Assembly: GCF_020745735.1 (NCBI RefSeq)
Contig: NW_026867540.1
Location: forward strand, 434,001 to 498,000
Origin: Hemiscyllium ocellatum
Lineage: Eukaryota
Length of the DNA: 64,000 nucleotides
Direction: 5' to 3'
Of this stretch, positions 24,878 through 37,929 are shown piece after piece (the first letter of the stretch is position 1; every line of letters starts with the position of its first letter). The notes under the pieces are model-generated. The model was not told the DNA's origin, searched no databases, and worked only from the letters and a program-made list of their open reading frames with translations. The position numbers and the translations under genes were made by a program.

Positions 24878-26520
24878 CTGAAAATGTGTTGCTGGAAAGG
24901 CGAAGCAGGTCAGGCAGCATCCAAGGAGCAGGAGAATCGATGTTTCGGGCATGAACACTTCTTCAGGAATGAGGAGAGTGTGCCATGCAGGATAACATAA
25001 AAAATAGGGAGGAGGGACTTGAGGAGGGGCAATAGGAATGCGATAGGTGGAAGGAGTTAAGGTGAGGGTGATAGGCCGGAGTGGGTCTGAGGGCGGAGAG
25101 GTCAAGAAGAAGATTGCAGGTTAGGAACGTGGTGCTGAGTTCGAGGGTTGGGACTGAGACAAGGTGGGGGAAGGGGAAATTAGGAAGATGAGGCGCTCTT
25201 CCTCCAGCCGTCGTGTTGCTATGGCCTGGCGATGGAGGAGTCCAAGGACCTGCACGACCTTGGTGCAGTGGGAGGGGGAGTTGAAGTGTTGAGTCACGGA
25301 GTGGTTGGGTTGGCTCATCCAGGTGTCCCAGAGGTGTTCTCTGAAACGTTCCGCAAGTCGGTTGTCTGTCTCCCCAATACAGAGGAGGCCACATCCGGTT
25401 CAGCGAATGCAGTCAATGATGTGTGTGCAGGTGCAGGTGAATTTGTGGCGGATAAGGAAGGAACCCTTGGACACTTGGAGGGAAATAAGTGGGCGGTTTG
25501 GGAGCAAGTATTGCCTTTCTTGCGGTTGCAGGGGAACGTGCCGGGAGTGGAGGTTGGTTTTGTGGGGTGTATGGTCCTGACAAGGGAGTCACGGAGGGAG
25601 TGGTCTTTTCGGAACGCTGATAGGGGAGTGGAGGGAAATATATCCCTGGTAGTGGGGTCCGTTTGGAGCTGGGGGAAATGACGACGGATGATGTGACGTA
25701 TATGGAGGTTGACGGGGTGGAGGTGGGATTCTGTCCTGGTAGCGATTGGAGGGGCGGGGCTCAAGGGCAGAGAAGCGAAAAGTGGAGGGGATGCGGAGGA
25801 GAGCATCATTGATCACGTCTTGCGGGAAATTCCACCTCTGGGGCACCCGGACCAACCAAGCCAACCACACCGTGGCTCAGCACTTCAACCTCCCTCCCAA
25901 TCCACCAAGGACATGCAGATCCTTGGACTCCTCCATCGCCAGACCATAACAACACAACGGCTGGAGGAAGAGCCCCTCATCTTTCGCCTCTGAAACCTCC
26001 AACCACAAGGTATGGACTCAGATTTCTCCAGTTTCCTCATTTCCCCTCCCCGCACCTTGTCTCCGGCCCGACCCTCGAACTCAGCACCACCTTCCTAACC
26101 TTCAATCTTCTTCCTGACCTCTCCGCCCCCACCCCCTGCCTATCACCCTCACCTTAACCTCTTTCCACCTATCGCATTCCCAAAGCCACCCCCAGTCCCT
26201 CCTCCTTGTGTTTTAGTGTTCTTTTTGATTGCAGTGTGTGGAGCATTATTCAATAACCGGATACTATCAAACAAGTAGTGATTTTTTGTGAAAAAACAAT
26301 AATTATAGTTTGTGTCAACAGAACGAATTGTCTGTGAGCCAAAACCCGTTTTCTCGGGTCATCAGCTTGTCACACTCTCGTCATTCTTGAAGAAGGGCTC
26401 ATGCACGAAACGTCCATTCTCCTGTTCCTTGGATGCTGCTTGACCTGCTGCGTCTTTCCAGCAACACATTTTCAGCACTGATCTCTAGCATCTGCAGTCC
26501 TAACTTTCTCCTCGAAGATT
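24878..26520. mobile_element. Composite Penelope insertion: minus-strand arm (24878-about 25831) fused to a plus-strand arm (about 25832-26520)
   Basis: GIY-YIG-region peptides read on opposite strands either side of the junction gcgggaaatt|ccacctctgg, and both arms end in the family 3' terminus. Confidence 0.85.
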
Positions 26521-26527
26521 TACTACA

Positions 26528-26663
26528 AGAAGCGAAAAGTGGAGGGGATGCGGAGGAGAGCATCATTGATCACGTCTTGCGGGAAATTCCACCTCTGGGG
26601 CACCCGGACCAACCAAGCCAACCACACCGTGGCTCAGCACTTCAACCTCCCTCCCAATCCACC
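26528..26663 (+). repeat. Exact 136-bp direct copy of 25771-25906
   Basis: Identical from agaagcgaaaagtgg to ctcccaatccacc. Confidence 0.9.
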
Positions 26664-26672
26664 CTTCTTTAA

Positions 26673-26990
26673 GGGCGGCACGGTGGCACAGTGGTTAGCA
26701 CTGCTGCCTCACAGCGCCTGAAGACCCGGGTTCATTTCCCGACTCAGGCGACTGACTGTGTGGAGTTTGCACGTTCTCCCCGTGTCCGCGTGGGTTTCCT
26801 CCGGGTGCTCCGGTTTCCTCCCACAGTCCAAAGATGTGCGGGTCAGGTGAATTGGCCATGCTAAATTGCCCGTAGTGTTAGGTAAGGGGTAATGTAGGGG
26901 TATGGGTGGGTTTCGCTTCGGCGGGTCGGTGTGGACTTGTTGGGCCGAAGGGCCTGTTTCCACACTGTAAGTCTAGTCTCGTCTAGTCTA
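26673..26990 (+). mobile_element. Full-length HE1-like (tRNA-derived V-SINE) element
   Basis: A box TGGCACAGTGG, B box GGTTCATTTCC, V-domain gtggagtttgcacgttctccccgtgtc..gggtttcctccggg, LINE-like tail gggccgaagggcctgtt and (GTCTA)n end. Confidence 0.9.
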
Positions 26991-27594
26991 AACTTTCTAA
27001 AATGAGGTGTGTGGAGGAGACCAAAACAGCATGAATCGAGATGTTGACCCACACTGCGCCCACTGACGAAGTGTCATCGCATACCTCAGCTTGATGGAAG
27101 TAACGGAAGACAGATTTGAATAAACATCGTTAGTTGAAGTCGGTAGTGACTATTATATGAGAGAATGTAGTCTGAAATTTGATAGGAAGAACCTGTAATC
27201 AGAGGTAATGGCATTAGCATTGAGTAAACATTACGAAAAAGGAGCTGGAGAGAGTCAATTGGAAGGGGAGACTAGCAACGATAATGGGAGTGCAGCAAAG
27301 GCAGGAGTTTCTGGTGCAAATTCAGGAAACACATACGAAATGCCTTCCATCAGTTTCTAATCTGTAAACTAAACAGCCCAAAACTGGCCTGCACCAATAT
27401 TCACCAATTTCAATGCTTTAATTTTTGATGGAAATCTCTACTTCACAAAATTTTGGATCATTGATGGTTCATATTCATCTTCAGTGCTTATTTGTTTCAC
27501 AAAAATCAATCATTGCTGCGTGTTAACAAACATGTGCATAATTGCCTGCTCCGATACGTCCGTTGAACTTCCTCTGGGTTTTATTTTTACAGTA

Positions 27595-27940
27595 CAAAAT
27601 GAGGTCTGCAGATGCTGGAGATCACAGCTGCAAATGTGTTGCTGGTCAAAGCACAGCAGGCCAGGCAGCATCTCAGGAATAGAGAATTCGACGTTTCGAG
27701 CATAAGCCCTTCATCAGGAATAAGAGAGAGAGAGCCAAGCAGGCTAAGATAAAAGGTAGGGAGGAGGGACTAGGGGGAGGGGCGATGGAGGTGGGATAGG
27801 TGGAAGGAGGTCAAGGTGAGGGTGATAGGCCGGAGTGGGGTGGGGGCGGAGAGGTCAGGAAGAGGATTGCAGATTAGGAGGGCGGTGCTGAGTTGAGGGG
27901 TTAGGAGGGCGGTGCTGAGTTGAGGGGTTAGGAGGGCGGT
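27595..27940 (-). mobile_element. Young Penelope 3' fragment with a 27-bp tandem duplication at its truncated end
   Basis: Close match to the reverse complement of about 14480-14780. TTAGGAGGGCGGTGCTGAGTTGAGGGG is repeated 2.5 times at 27874-27940. Confidence 0.85.
27686..27721 (-). ncRNA. Minimal type I hammerhead ribozyme motif in the Penelope 3' region
   Basis: Minus strand ATTC-CTGATGA-A-GGGC-TTAT-GCTC-GAAA-C-GTC-GAAT. Same fold as 14653-14688 with a different loop II and one G-U pair. Confidence 0.75.
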
Positions 27941-28149
27941 AGTCCCATTTCCGGCCAGAAGCAAGATAGAAATCCTGAATTTCTATTCCTGACTTTTTTG
28001 CAGTCGTTCAGGGGAACTTCTGCATGTGGTTGAATACATGATCAACTGAGAGTATGTTTGATGATGTCACATTCCAGTGGAAAGTCTCTGACATGTCCTT
28101 TCCCTGCAAATGATAAATTCACCAAATTCTGTGAACAGGGACTTTATTC

Positions 28150-28740
28150 GAGAGTGAATCGTCTCCAACGCTACTGCCTCGCCGTTCCCTTCCTCTCCAG
28201 CAGAATGATAGAGATCCATTTCCACTGCATTAGAATCCACACTCAAAGCATCATCCTCCACCTCTTCCACAAGCTCCAGCAGGGAAACACCTTCAAAGGC
28301 ACCTTGCTCTCCGCTCCACAATCAGCATTTAACAGAGTTTGTTCCCTCCATGAGACCCTCTATAATCCCCAACCCTTCCCCGTGCGCTATGTCACCTTCC
28401 CATGCAACTGCAGAAGCTGCATTCACCTCTTGCACCCTCACTGTTAAAGGTGCAGCATCAGTTCATTTGCACTCTTTCAATCCAGTCTGCACTCATTGCT
28501 GCTTACAACGTATTCTCCTTTACACTGGTGAGTACAAACAGAGACTGCTTTGAGGAAAACTTCTACACTGACTAGACGAATTGCCCTGACTTCTCACTCC
28601 TTTCCATTTCAATAAATTTCCTTGCACTCAATCCAACATTTCGGTCCTGGGTGGCTGCAATATTACAATCAATAACAATCCAAGATCCATAAACACCTCA
28701 CTTCCCACTTTTGTGCATTACAATCTGTTGAACTTATTCA
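28150..28740 (+). mobile_element. Old Penelope GIY-YIG-region relic
   Basis: Degenerate SAFNRVCSLHETL, TFPCNCRSC, LLYTGEYKQRL. Confidence 0.65.
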
Positions 28741-31700
28741 CTCCCTCAGTCTATCATTGCCATCACTGGTTCAGTGACTAATGTCGATGAACCTGCTAAG
28801 GTCAGCACCGTGTGTACCTTAAACAGATGACAGTACGTTGAAGACCATAAGAGCATAACACATAGTAGGAGAAATTAGGTCGGTCAGCCCATCGAGTCTG
28901 ATCCACCAATCAATTCACAGCCTGATCCCATTGTGAGTGTTGTCCAATTTTCATGCATTTCACTCCTGGTCTCAGTATGTCTTGTTTGCGTCAAGCCTAT
29001 CTTGAAGTCAATGGAAAGAGCCCATTTCCTCCATTTAAACCTAAATTTATACCCATTTACAGCAGGTTATCTTTCACCACAATTAAAGACCTGTGTGTCG
29101 TTTGCGTTAAAACTAAATGAACTCTTGATCCCACCACTCTGCCTTCACCTCCGTCAAGGGATTAAAGAGCCAATTTTCCAGTCCTTTCAGTTCTGACGAA
29201 ATCTGAAAAAAACAACAAAAATTGTTGATGAATCAGAGATTTTTGAATCAGGATTATTGGACGCAAATGTTTTACTCTGCTTTCAGTTAACAAGTATTGC
29301 CCGACCTGCTTAGTATCTCCAGCAATTTCTGCTCTTGAACAAGTTCCAATGACTTGTGAAAAAACTGCTCAAACGACGCGTCAAACATGAGCGCGGTAAA
29401 TTGGTAAGAGAACGATTATGCAAATTGCACAAATTCTTTGCTTATGGAACGATACAAGGCTGGCATCACTGACAGGACGGTGCTCTTAATCATGGCCACG
29501 GACAGAAACGGAGGGAAACGCATTCACGTTAAACACAGAAGTTGGCACTACTCAAAGGAAAGTCTCCAGATAAAAATATTAAACTTTTTTTGATGAATGT
29601 GACAAATTGGAGGTTTGACACTAGGGAGTGGCTCTCAGAAGAATGGGAACATAAAAGTTGACGTATTACCATGAAAAACCAGAGAAGCTCACTGAATAAA
29701 GTTTGAAAGGTGTATAGAACTCCGTGTAAATTGGGTTCAGGCAGCAGAACTGCATTGCAGATATTGCACCTCCAACGACGTATCCACGTGATGCTGTAGA
29801 ACAGAGCAGCATCAGGAGGAGAATAATTGTTTTAAATCACACTTTTCCTTTTTAGATCGAAGAATCCATCAGTCTATCATTACCATCACAGGTTCAGTGA
29901 CAAATATCAATGAACCTGCTAGGATAAGAACCTTGTGTACCTCAAACTGATGACAATAATTTATTGACCATACGAGCACAACTCATAAAAGCAGAAATTA
30001 GGTCTTTCAGCTCAACAAGTTTGATTCACCATTCAATCATCGCGGATAAGTTTCTCCAAGACGTTCTTCCGCTTTCGCCCTATAAATCTTGATTCACTTT
30101 ACGATCAAGAAATACCTATGTCCTCCTACTTAATGACTTGGCCTCTACAGCCTGCTGTGGCAATGAAGACCATAGATTCGCCACTGTTTGGCTGAAGACG
30201 TTTCTCATTATCTTTGTTCTAAAAGAGCTTCCCTTTCAGCTCAGACTATGCCCTATGGTCCCAGTTTCTTCTATAAACTGGTATCTTCCGCGCAATAGAT
30301 CTTATACTCGACCTGTCGACTCTTCAGTTCCTTGGATGCTGCCTGAGGTACTGCACTTTTCAAAGACCTCACTTTTTGACACAGAATAAGGGATGTCAAT
30401 TAGAAACTGAGATGCAAAGAAATTCCTTCCCTCAGAAGGAAGTGCAATTCTGGAATTCGCTAATCAAGAAAGTTGTGAAGACTAGATCACTGAAAGTGTT
30501 TACAAACAAAGGAAAAAATGTTTGACACATTGCCGAGCTCTGGGGTAAAAGCCGTTGACAGGAAAGTTGGTATGAGCCTTCGGGCCGATCAACTATGATC
30601 TTATTGAATGTCTGGGCAGGGTTGGTGGCTGAATAGACCCCTTCTGTTCATATTTCGCATGTTCTTGTGCTTTGTTATTGGAAAGTAACTGGACCTGTTC
30701 CCAGCAATCGAGTTGTGCGATGTTGCATTCAGAGGGAACAGTGGATTTGATTGAGCTAACCCTGGGTGATGGATAGGAGGTTTAATCACAGTGAATCTGA
30801 GCATGATCGACATCTGTGGCAGAAGCTGGAGAGAGGGGAAGCCTCTGGAAAAGGGATAAGGGGGAGGGTTCTTCGTCCGAACCCAGCCTGGACATTTCAA
30901 GAATATTTCCCAATCGACACCTAAACGTGTAAGTGGACTCGATCTGCTCCTGTGTAGCAGGTTCGTAGGGCTGAATGGAACATCACAACATGAGACTAAG
31001 AACCACCATTGGTTCCTTTGTCCGATTGATACTGCTGCACCTGTCAATAAGGTCGTGGCTTGTCAAATTGTGGTCCGGGCTGAACTTTTCTGTTAACACC
31101 CCATTATCCGAATTTACCTGGCGTTTGTAATCAAACTAAATCAGCCTCAATATAATATAATGATCCAGGTACCACAAATTTGCAAGAAAGAAAACTCGCA
31201 CTTCAATGAATTCTTACTTTGTGAGTTTCCACTTCTCCCTTTTCTAATCGAAGTTTGAAGTATCAAAGTTGCATTTTCTATTCGAACTCCTCGGCTGACA
31301 ACAACAGATTTTAAAAGTAGTCAGGTTTGTTATTTGCGCAATGATATAAGATTCAGGCTAGGTCAGGTTCAGTGATAGGAGCAAATCAGACAGATGTTGT
31401 TGTCTGCCACAATTAAATTAAATATGCTTTCCAAGCAAAGGTGCACATCCTAATGATAACATGTCTGGACTATCCAAACACGCGTAGAGTGTCCACTCTC
31501 CTCAAATATTTACTGATTCAATGAAATCACCTGTCATCCCATGGATAACCAGTTAAACTTCCATAGCATAAGCACTTCCTCCCGAAATAAACAGCTTCTC
31601 ATGTAAGTATATCCTTTCTAAGTTCCCCTCCAGTTCATGTATAATGGTTTCGAGAGGCGTAATGGCCTACTCCTATACCCCCGAAAAAGGAACATGGGGA

Positions 31701-32284
31701 CAGCATTGCTTGCCCCAATTCCCGCGTAGCACTCTCAATGCTCTGAATCATGTATCAAAGTTATGAAAGAAGGAGATGCCGGGGAACTAAAAACTAGGTG
31801 CAGCATTACAAAAAGAAGTCAGTGGACAAAAAATAGTGTTACCCAGATTTCTTATTTCTAGGAATTACCTCACTGGTCATTTTATGCAGCTGATCTCTTA
31901 TGTTATCTTTATCTTCTTCTACAAGCAGAAAGGAACATATGCAGCTTTGTAACTTCTGGCGCAACTCTCATATACACTAATGAACGATTTAAGGAACTGA
32001 GAAAAATTATAGTCCATCCCGCCGCAATCCACATACGCTTCAGTCAGACAAAGTAAATGTTTCCTTTTATTGCGAGATGAAAGATGATGTGAGCAGATGT
32101 TTACCTGAACCTGGCTGTTCCGTGACTTCAATTAATATCAGCTTCCATGGCTTCTTATTATGCTGGAGGAGGGTTTCCATCGTTTAATGATAAGTGGGCT
32201 CCGTTCAATGTGTTATCTCATAGTATGAGCAGGAACATCACATAAAGAACTAACAGGCCTAAGCAGCTACAGAGAGCGGGAAGA

Positions 32285-32712
32285 AAAGATCAAAATCTGA
32301 AAACACTGGACGAGAATATTCTATCAATGAGGAGATAGTGAGGACTGCATGGGCGAAAACGTGTGGCCGCAGAACAGGCACAGCAGGTCAGGCAGCATCC
32401 AAGGAGTAAGAGTCTAAGCTTTGGACAGGCGCTTCTTCATTTCTGAAGAAGGCTGCTGTCTGAAATATCGAATCTCTTGCTCCATGGATGTTATCTTACC
32501 TCCTGTGTCTTTACCGATGTCATGTTCCAGCATGGGAATGGTATCTCAGACGAATAGACTAGAATTTTCCATCAATGCGTAAGAGTGTATGCTCACATGG
32601 CTGTTGTCGATCTACATATTATGATCCATGGTTATTAACTTCACAAATCAGAGTTGCACTTCACTTTATTCAATATTATTATTATCCTATTCGACTATCG
32701 ATGGTGTGTCTG
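32285..32712 (+). pseudogene. Relic coding exon 1 of a GPR139-like pseudogene, interrupted by a Penelope fragment
   Basis: KDQNLKTLDENILSM (32285-32329), insertion at about 32330-32531, then EWYLRRID*NFPSMR...SQIRVALHFIQYYYYPI-[frameshift]-TIDGVS-G|CTAAGT. This is the same YY...GVx-G|gtaa exon-1 ending as gene 1, with the GT donor mutated to CT (32713-32714). Confidence 0.7.
32330..32531. mobile_element. Fold-back Penelope 3'-end fragment inside the GPCR pseudogene exon 1
   Basis: ggagatagtgaggactgca...cagcaggtcaggcagcatccaaggag followed by the inverted ttctgaagaagg...tgctccatggatg. Confidence 0.7.
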
Positions 32713-32765
32713 CTAAGTATAATCGACTACCAGTTATTTCTATAATTTAATTATCACTATATTAC

Positions 32766-32990
32766 AAGGAGAAAATGAGGACTGCACATGCTGGAGATCA
32801 GAGTTGAAGTGTGTGGTGTTGGAAAAGCACAGCTAGTCAGGAAGCTTCTGAGGAGGAGAGTCGATGTTTCTCGCAAAATCTTGAATGCAGCAATTGTGCC
32901 TTCCTGATAAAAAGCTTATACCCGAAACGTAGACTCTCCTGCTCCTCGGATGCTGCCTGAGCCCTGTTGTAATTTCCAAAAATATAATCT
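32766..32990. mobile_element. Fold-back Penelope 3'-end fragment
   Basis: Family terminus gagaaaatgaggactgca..gctggagatcagag, then the inverted cctgat..cccgaaacgt..ctcctcggatgctgcctga. Confidence 0.7.
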
Positions 32991-33819
32991 TCGTTACTGC
33001 ATTACAGTTGCTTTCATTTACTCTGCATTAACTGTCGCTCCTGTTCCTGCTGAGTCTCCGATTCCAGATAATCACTCTACAAACCATTATTACTTGCATA
33101 GTGAACGTGTTCATTCATCCTCTCTTTCTTTACTTCGGCCCCTCATGAATGTCTCTGTTGACCTATTCTGTTTCACTGTGATCGATGATTCATTGTGTTA
33201 CTGTATTGTTATTTAAAAATTAGGATCATGGAGTCAACTGACTTCTGTTCTGTTTACAAATTCAACTTCCTTCTACTGACTCCATCCCACTCTTGGCCAA
33301 TATCTGAAACTGAAACAGACGAATCAGATCAGTGGTGATCATTTTGGGCAAGAGCTGACTCCTCATACCACACCCAGACGATTACTAATTTTAACTATTA
33401 ACATCTCCAGAATATATTTGAATGGCTCATCTCACTTTTTGAACCTTGAGCTGTGAAATTTTAATGATGTCAGTCATCTGCTTTTGACACACCCAGCGTC
33501 AAACCTGCAACGGCAAGTATGAGTCAATACTCCACAGCTCGTATCCGAACTGATACCAAAACCTATTTCATCCATCATCACGACATTTAGTTGCTAAACT
33601 TTTTGTTTCCGCTCACCCAAATCATTGATACAGATTGTAATTACTTGTGAACTATCATTGATCATTGTGTGGCTGCAGTGGTTAAAATTTTGCCAATCTA
33701 AATAAAGACTGAATTATGTCTGATTTCTTTCTCCAGCCCAATAACCATTCCCCCCACCACCCACCCTCAATTGCTGGTAGCTCACTTGATGGGCTGAATA
33801 TTCCATCATAAAAACTGAT

Positions 33820-35110
33820 TAGAACATAGGAAAGAGGAGCTATTGAACTCCTCGAACCTACTTCAAAATTTGCTACGATTATGGCTGATCTCATCTGAGC
33901 CTCTCTCCATATCCATGCTAATCTTCCAAAAATGTTCGCATCCTTAATGTCTCAACAGCTTTATAGACGAGGGCAGTGAATTCCACTGGTTCATTACCAT
34001 TTCACAGGAATAACTGCAACTCATCTTTCGTTATATCTGCTGTACTTTTCCCGAAAACTATGACCTCTCATTCTAGATTGCTCTGCATGAAGAAACATCC
34101 TCTCTGCATCCACTTTATCAATTCCATTAGCATGTTGCGAATCTTAATTAGATCTTCTCTCATTCTTCTGAACTTCATTGTGCACGAGATCGACCTGCTC
34201 CATCTCTCTGTATAACACACAGCCGTTTTCTCTGAAACCGATCTTGTGATTCTGTTCTGAACTGCCCTCAATGCCATCGCATCCCCTAAAACCGTGCTTG
34301 CGAAATATGCACAGGGTGAAAGAACGGCTGTGTCACCAATTCCTTGTATAATTACAGTCACTTCTCTACATTTAAGATATTTTCATTTTGGAACAAAAGA
34401 AGAAATTCTATTTTCCTCCCCTACTACCTGCTGTACCTGTGAGTTTTTCTTTCAGCAATTCATGAACGAGGACACCCAGATGCTCTGCGCTGCAGCAGTC
34501 TAAAAATTCTCTTCATTTTGAGAATAAGTTGCCTTTTTATTCTTCTGACTAAAATAGATATGTTCAGACTTACCAACATTAGCACTCAGCCGTAAAATTT
34601 TGCCCCTTTAATCTAATTTATCCACAGCCATTTGTAGTTCTGTTTTTCCTTGCAACTAACACTCTCAGATATTTCAGTATCATGTGAAAATTGGTTACTG
34701 CATTTTCCAGGCCCTTACCCAAACCATTTAAGTGTATTAGAAATGGATGGGGACAGACAACCGAGCCCTGTGGCATCACATGAGTTACATCCAATTTATT
34801 CAGTCTCTCTGCATTTGTTGGAGAGCCAACCCGCTATCCAAATTAATAAATTGCTACTTACACCACGTGATCTAATCTTGCATGTCAGTCTTTTGTGCAA
34901 CGTCGTATTCGATGACTCCTGGACGTGCCGATACACTTCAGCAGCAGGATCCCTGTTATCCAGCTTGGTGGTCACATACTTAATGAACTCGAAAAATTAC
35001 TGAAGCACAACTAACCCTTCCAAAAGACTTGCTGATACTGATGGATTGGAATTTGACTTGAAAACCTAATTCTTATCAATGGGTTTGAGCAATTCCCCAT
35101 CAATTTTTGT
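33820..35110 (-). mobile_element. Old CR1-like RT fragment
   Basis: KFRRMREDLIK and upstream RT remnants. Confidence 0.7.
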
Positions 35111-35224
35111 ACGTTATCAAAACTTTAAATTCCCTCCTATTTAGTATTATTTTACGTTCTTACCATTTCATAACCTTAATGTTCCTTTCTAACTCTTGTC
35201 TAATAAACACACGGCTTTACAAGA

Positions 35225-36890
35225 TCTGCTCCAAGTGTAAGAGGCTTCTCTGGCTGAATGGCCTCATTTGTTTATACAGTATAAACCCGATGTTGAAGGT
35301 TCTTCTTGTGTTCCGATGTTATAAGCTGTCGGACCTAAATGTCTCGCTCCTGTTCCAAAGAGGCTCAAGGTCTGACTATCCTACTCCTGTTGCTGTATAA
35401 GCAAGTTGTGGGTTATGAAATCTTCCTCTTGGTTGTGCAACTGTTTGAGAAGCTGTATGTTCTCCTTATATTCCTCCATAACCGGCTGCAGATACTGAAC
35501 AGTCTCGTCTTGCATCCCTCAAAATTGGTTCTCGAGACTGATTGGCCTTATGTTCCCATACACCAAACACGTGATAGAATAAATGGCTCCTTTCCAATAT
35601 TAAGTTTGAAATAGTTTGCATCCTTCAGCAGTTTCCATACAACAGGCTGGTTGGGCTGAATAGTCTGCTCTTATTCCAGTTTACAGTCGGTAGTTAGTTC
35701 GTGACTTCCTCTTGCCAATTGGACACATAATTGGTTTAAAGGAAGGAGACAGAGTGGAATTGAGGTCGCTTCCTTTTGCGAATGGAGACCTGTAACGAGT
35801 GGGTTCCCTTTTGTTCGTCATTTATGCAAATGATTTAGACTATAATATGGAGGGCATGGTTAATACGTTTGGAGATAACACCAAAATGTGTGAAATAGTA
35901 GACAGCAAAGAGGTTTTTCAAATAATACAAAGGGATCAAAGTGCTGAAAAATGACAGTTGGCTATCACGCTGGATAAATGTGAGGCAATTCAATTTAGTA
36001 CAACAAGAAAGGGCAGGGCTTATACAATTAATGGTTAAGTCTTGTGTACCGTTGTAGCATAGAGATTGCAGGTGCACAGTTGTTTGAACATTGTGTCACA
36101 TATTGACAGAATGTGAGAAAAGCGGTTCGGCATACTTGCCTTCATTTTTCAGTCCTTTGTGAACAGGAGCAGAGAAATCATGTTGGGATTGTAGAGAGCA
36201 TTGGTCAGACCTCTTCTGCAGTACTGAATCTAGTTCTGGTTACCCAGTGAAAGGGAGAATTTTATAAATATAGGGAGGTTTTGAAGACTCACCAAAATGT
36301 TGCCATGTACGGAAGCATGAGGTATAAAGAAAGACTGGAAAGTCCGGGACTTATTTCACTGGAGCACAGGGATTGCGCTGCGACCTGATACGTTTCTATA
36401 GTAAGAATTGTTAAGAGAGTTGATGGTAGTGGCCGTTTCCCTCAGATGGAAATTTCAAAATTTAGTGGGTACATTTTTAAAGCGAGTTGAGAGATATTTA
36501 AACAAAAACATTAGTTTTGTTTTCTTACACATAGGGGGGGTTCTAGAGTGGAATAAACTTCCTGAGGAAGTGGTGGGTGCGGTTGCAGTTACAATGTTTC
36601 AGAAAAAAAGACATTTTGACGGATTCCTGACTGGTTTGTCAGATGGGTCTGCTTCCATGCTGTATGACTGTATGACTCTCTGTGTTGCAGACTTAAAGAG
36701 GCTGAATGGAATGGTAATGTCGCTGTGTGAAAGGTTACGAGTGCTGCACGACCTACGCTGTGTCCAGTGTTTTAGGCTCGAGGGGCTGAATAGCCTCTTC
36801 CTGAAACTGTACATCAAGCTCCAGTGGTTGAATAGCCTCGTCGAACTTTTGGTACACAACGATCTAAGACCTGAATAATGGTTTGCTGTT
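35225..36890 (+). repeat. Degenerate array of about 42-bp units resembling a LINE 3' tail, split by a CR1 (35225-35680 and 36680-36890)
   Basis: Recurring aggctcgaggggctgaatagcctcttcctg-like units. Confidence 0.55.
35700..36680 (+). mobile_element. CR1-like 3' fragment
   Basis: RT C-terminal remnants and WNKLPEEVV. Confidence 0.75.
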
Positions 36891-37929
36891 TTTGTGTGAC
36901 TATTAGACAATATTTCACTTGTGCAAACTCCAATGGGTTTTGGATCAATCTGATCATCCTTTCCTTAAACGTTCAAGCCTTTATTGCAGATGTCAACAAA
37001 TGAAACCTTCTCTGAGTTGCTTCCATTGCAACAATGTCCTTCCTTCAGTGAAAGAGACTAAATCGGTGCATGTTTCCAGACGACTCTAACTAAGATCCTG
37101 TTAAGTATCCGCACCAATTTTCCAACCTACTGGAAGTTCCCACCAAGGTTATAGCAGCTTCAGCTGCCTCCAGGAATGCACAGTATTGGTGAAAGCTCAT
37201 TGTCTGTTTCTGCCCCACGGGTGCAACGGGAGAATTGCTGAAAATGTCACAATGGCGTTAGAGTTGAACGGATATGATGCGGCTGGATGATGTCAAGTTC
37301 TAGATAAGCCACGCTCAACATCTCACCTGAATCCATCATTATTCACCATAGAACCGAACTCGCTCAGTTTCCACAGAATCCGGCTAGATAGAGCTTCGAA
37401 AAGTAAGGGAAAGCAAACGTGAATGGGAATTATTTATCAATTTCCAAATTGTAATAACAATGGTGCACATGTTATAAAACCGAAAATTAGCTATCCAAGT
37501 TTGTGGGTACTGCAATAATAATGGGCAAATTCAAGGTGAGTCTAAACATTGTTAATTTAAGTCAATGATCATGTTTGAAAATGGATTTCATGCGCAATTG
37601 TTTGCTTTAACAGTAATTTGAGCACAGAGAGACAGATCAGGTTATTGTGGATATAATGTTGTGTGATTAGAAGAGCTACTTGAAAATCTTGTTTTACTGG
37701 AACTACCAAGAGTACTGATCATAATATGTTAAATTTTACGTGATGTCCAAATACAAAACAGGTTTTTTATTGGAACTATTGTAAACCTGAGTTCGGCAAG
37801 CCAATTAACAATGAGCGGCAAGTTGCCTTCCATGAGCTGGACAAGTACATTAAAGTGATTTGAAGGAATGCAGGCAATGCGTGTAATTAAAATAATCACT
37901 GTAAATTTTACAATATTTACATATACCTC

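Noticed and set aside
26673-26750. tRNA-like sequence with A and B boxes
   Set aside because: It is the head of an HE1 SINE, continuous with the V-domain and LINE-like tail.
30601-31110. 148-aa minus-strand ORF with an LID-GAAVSI resemblance to a retroviral protease
   Set aside because: The motif needs a frameshift and no other gag or pol motif is nearby.
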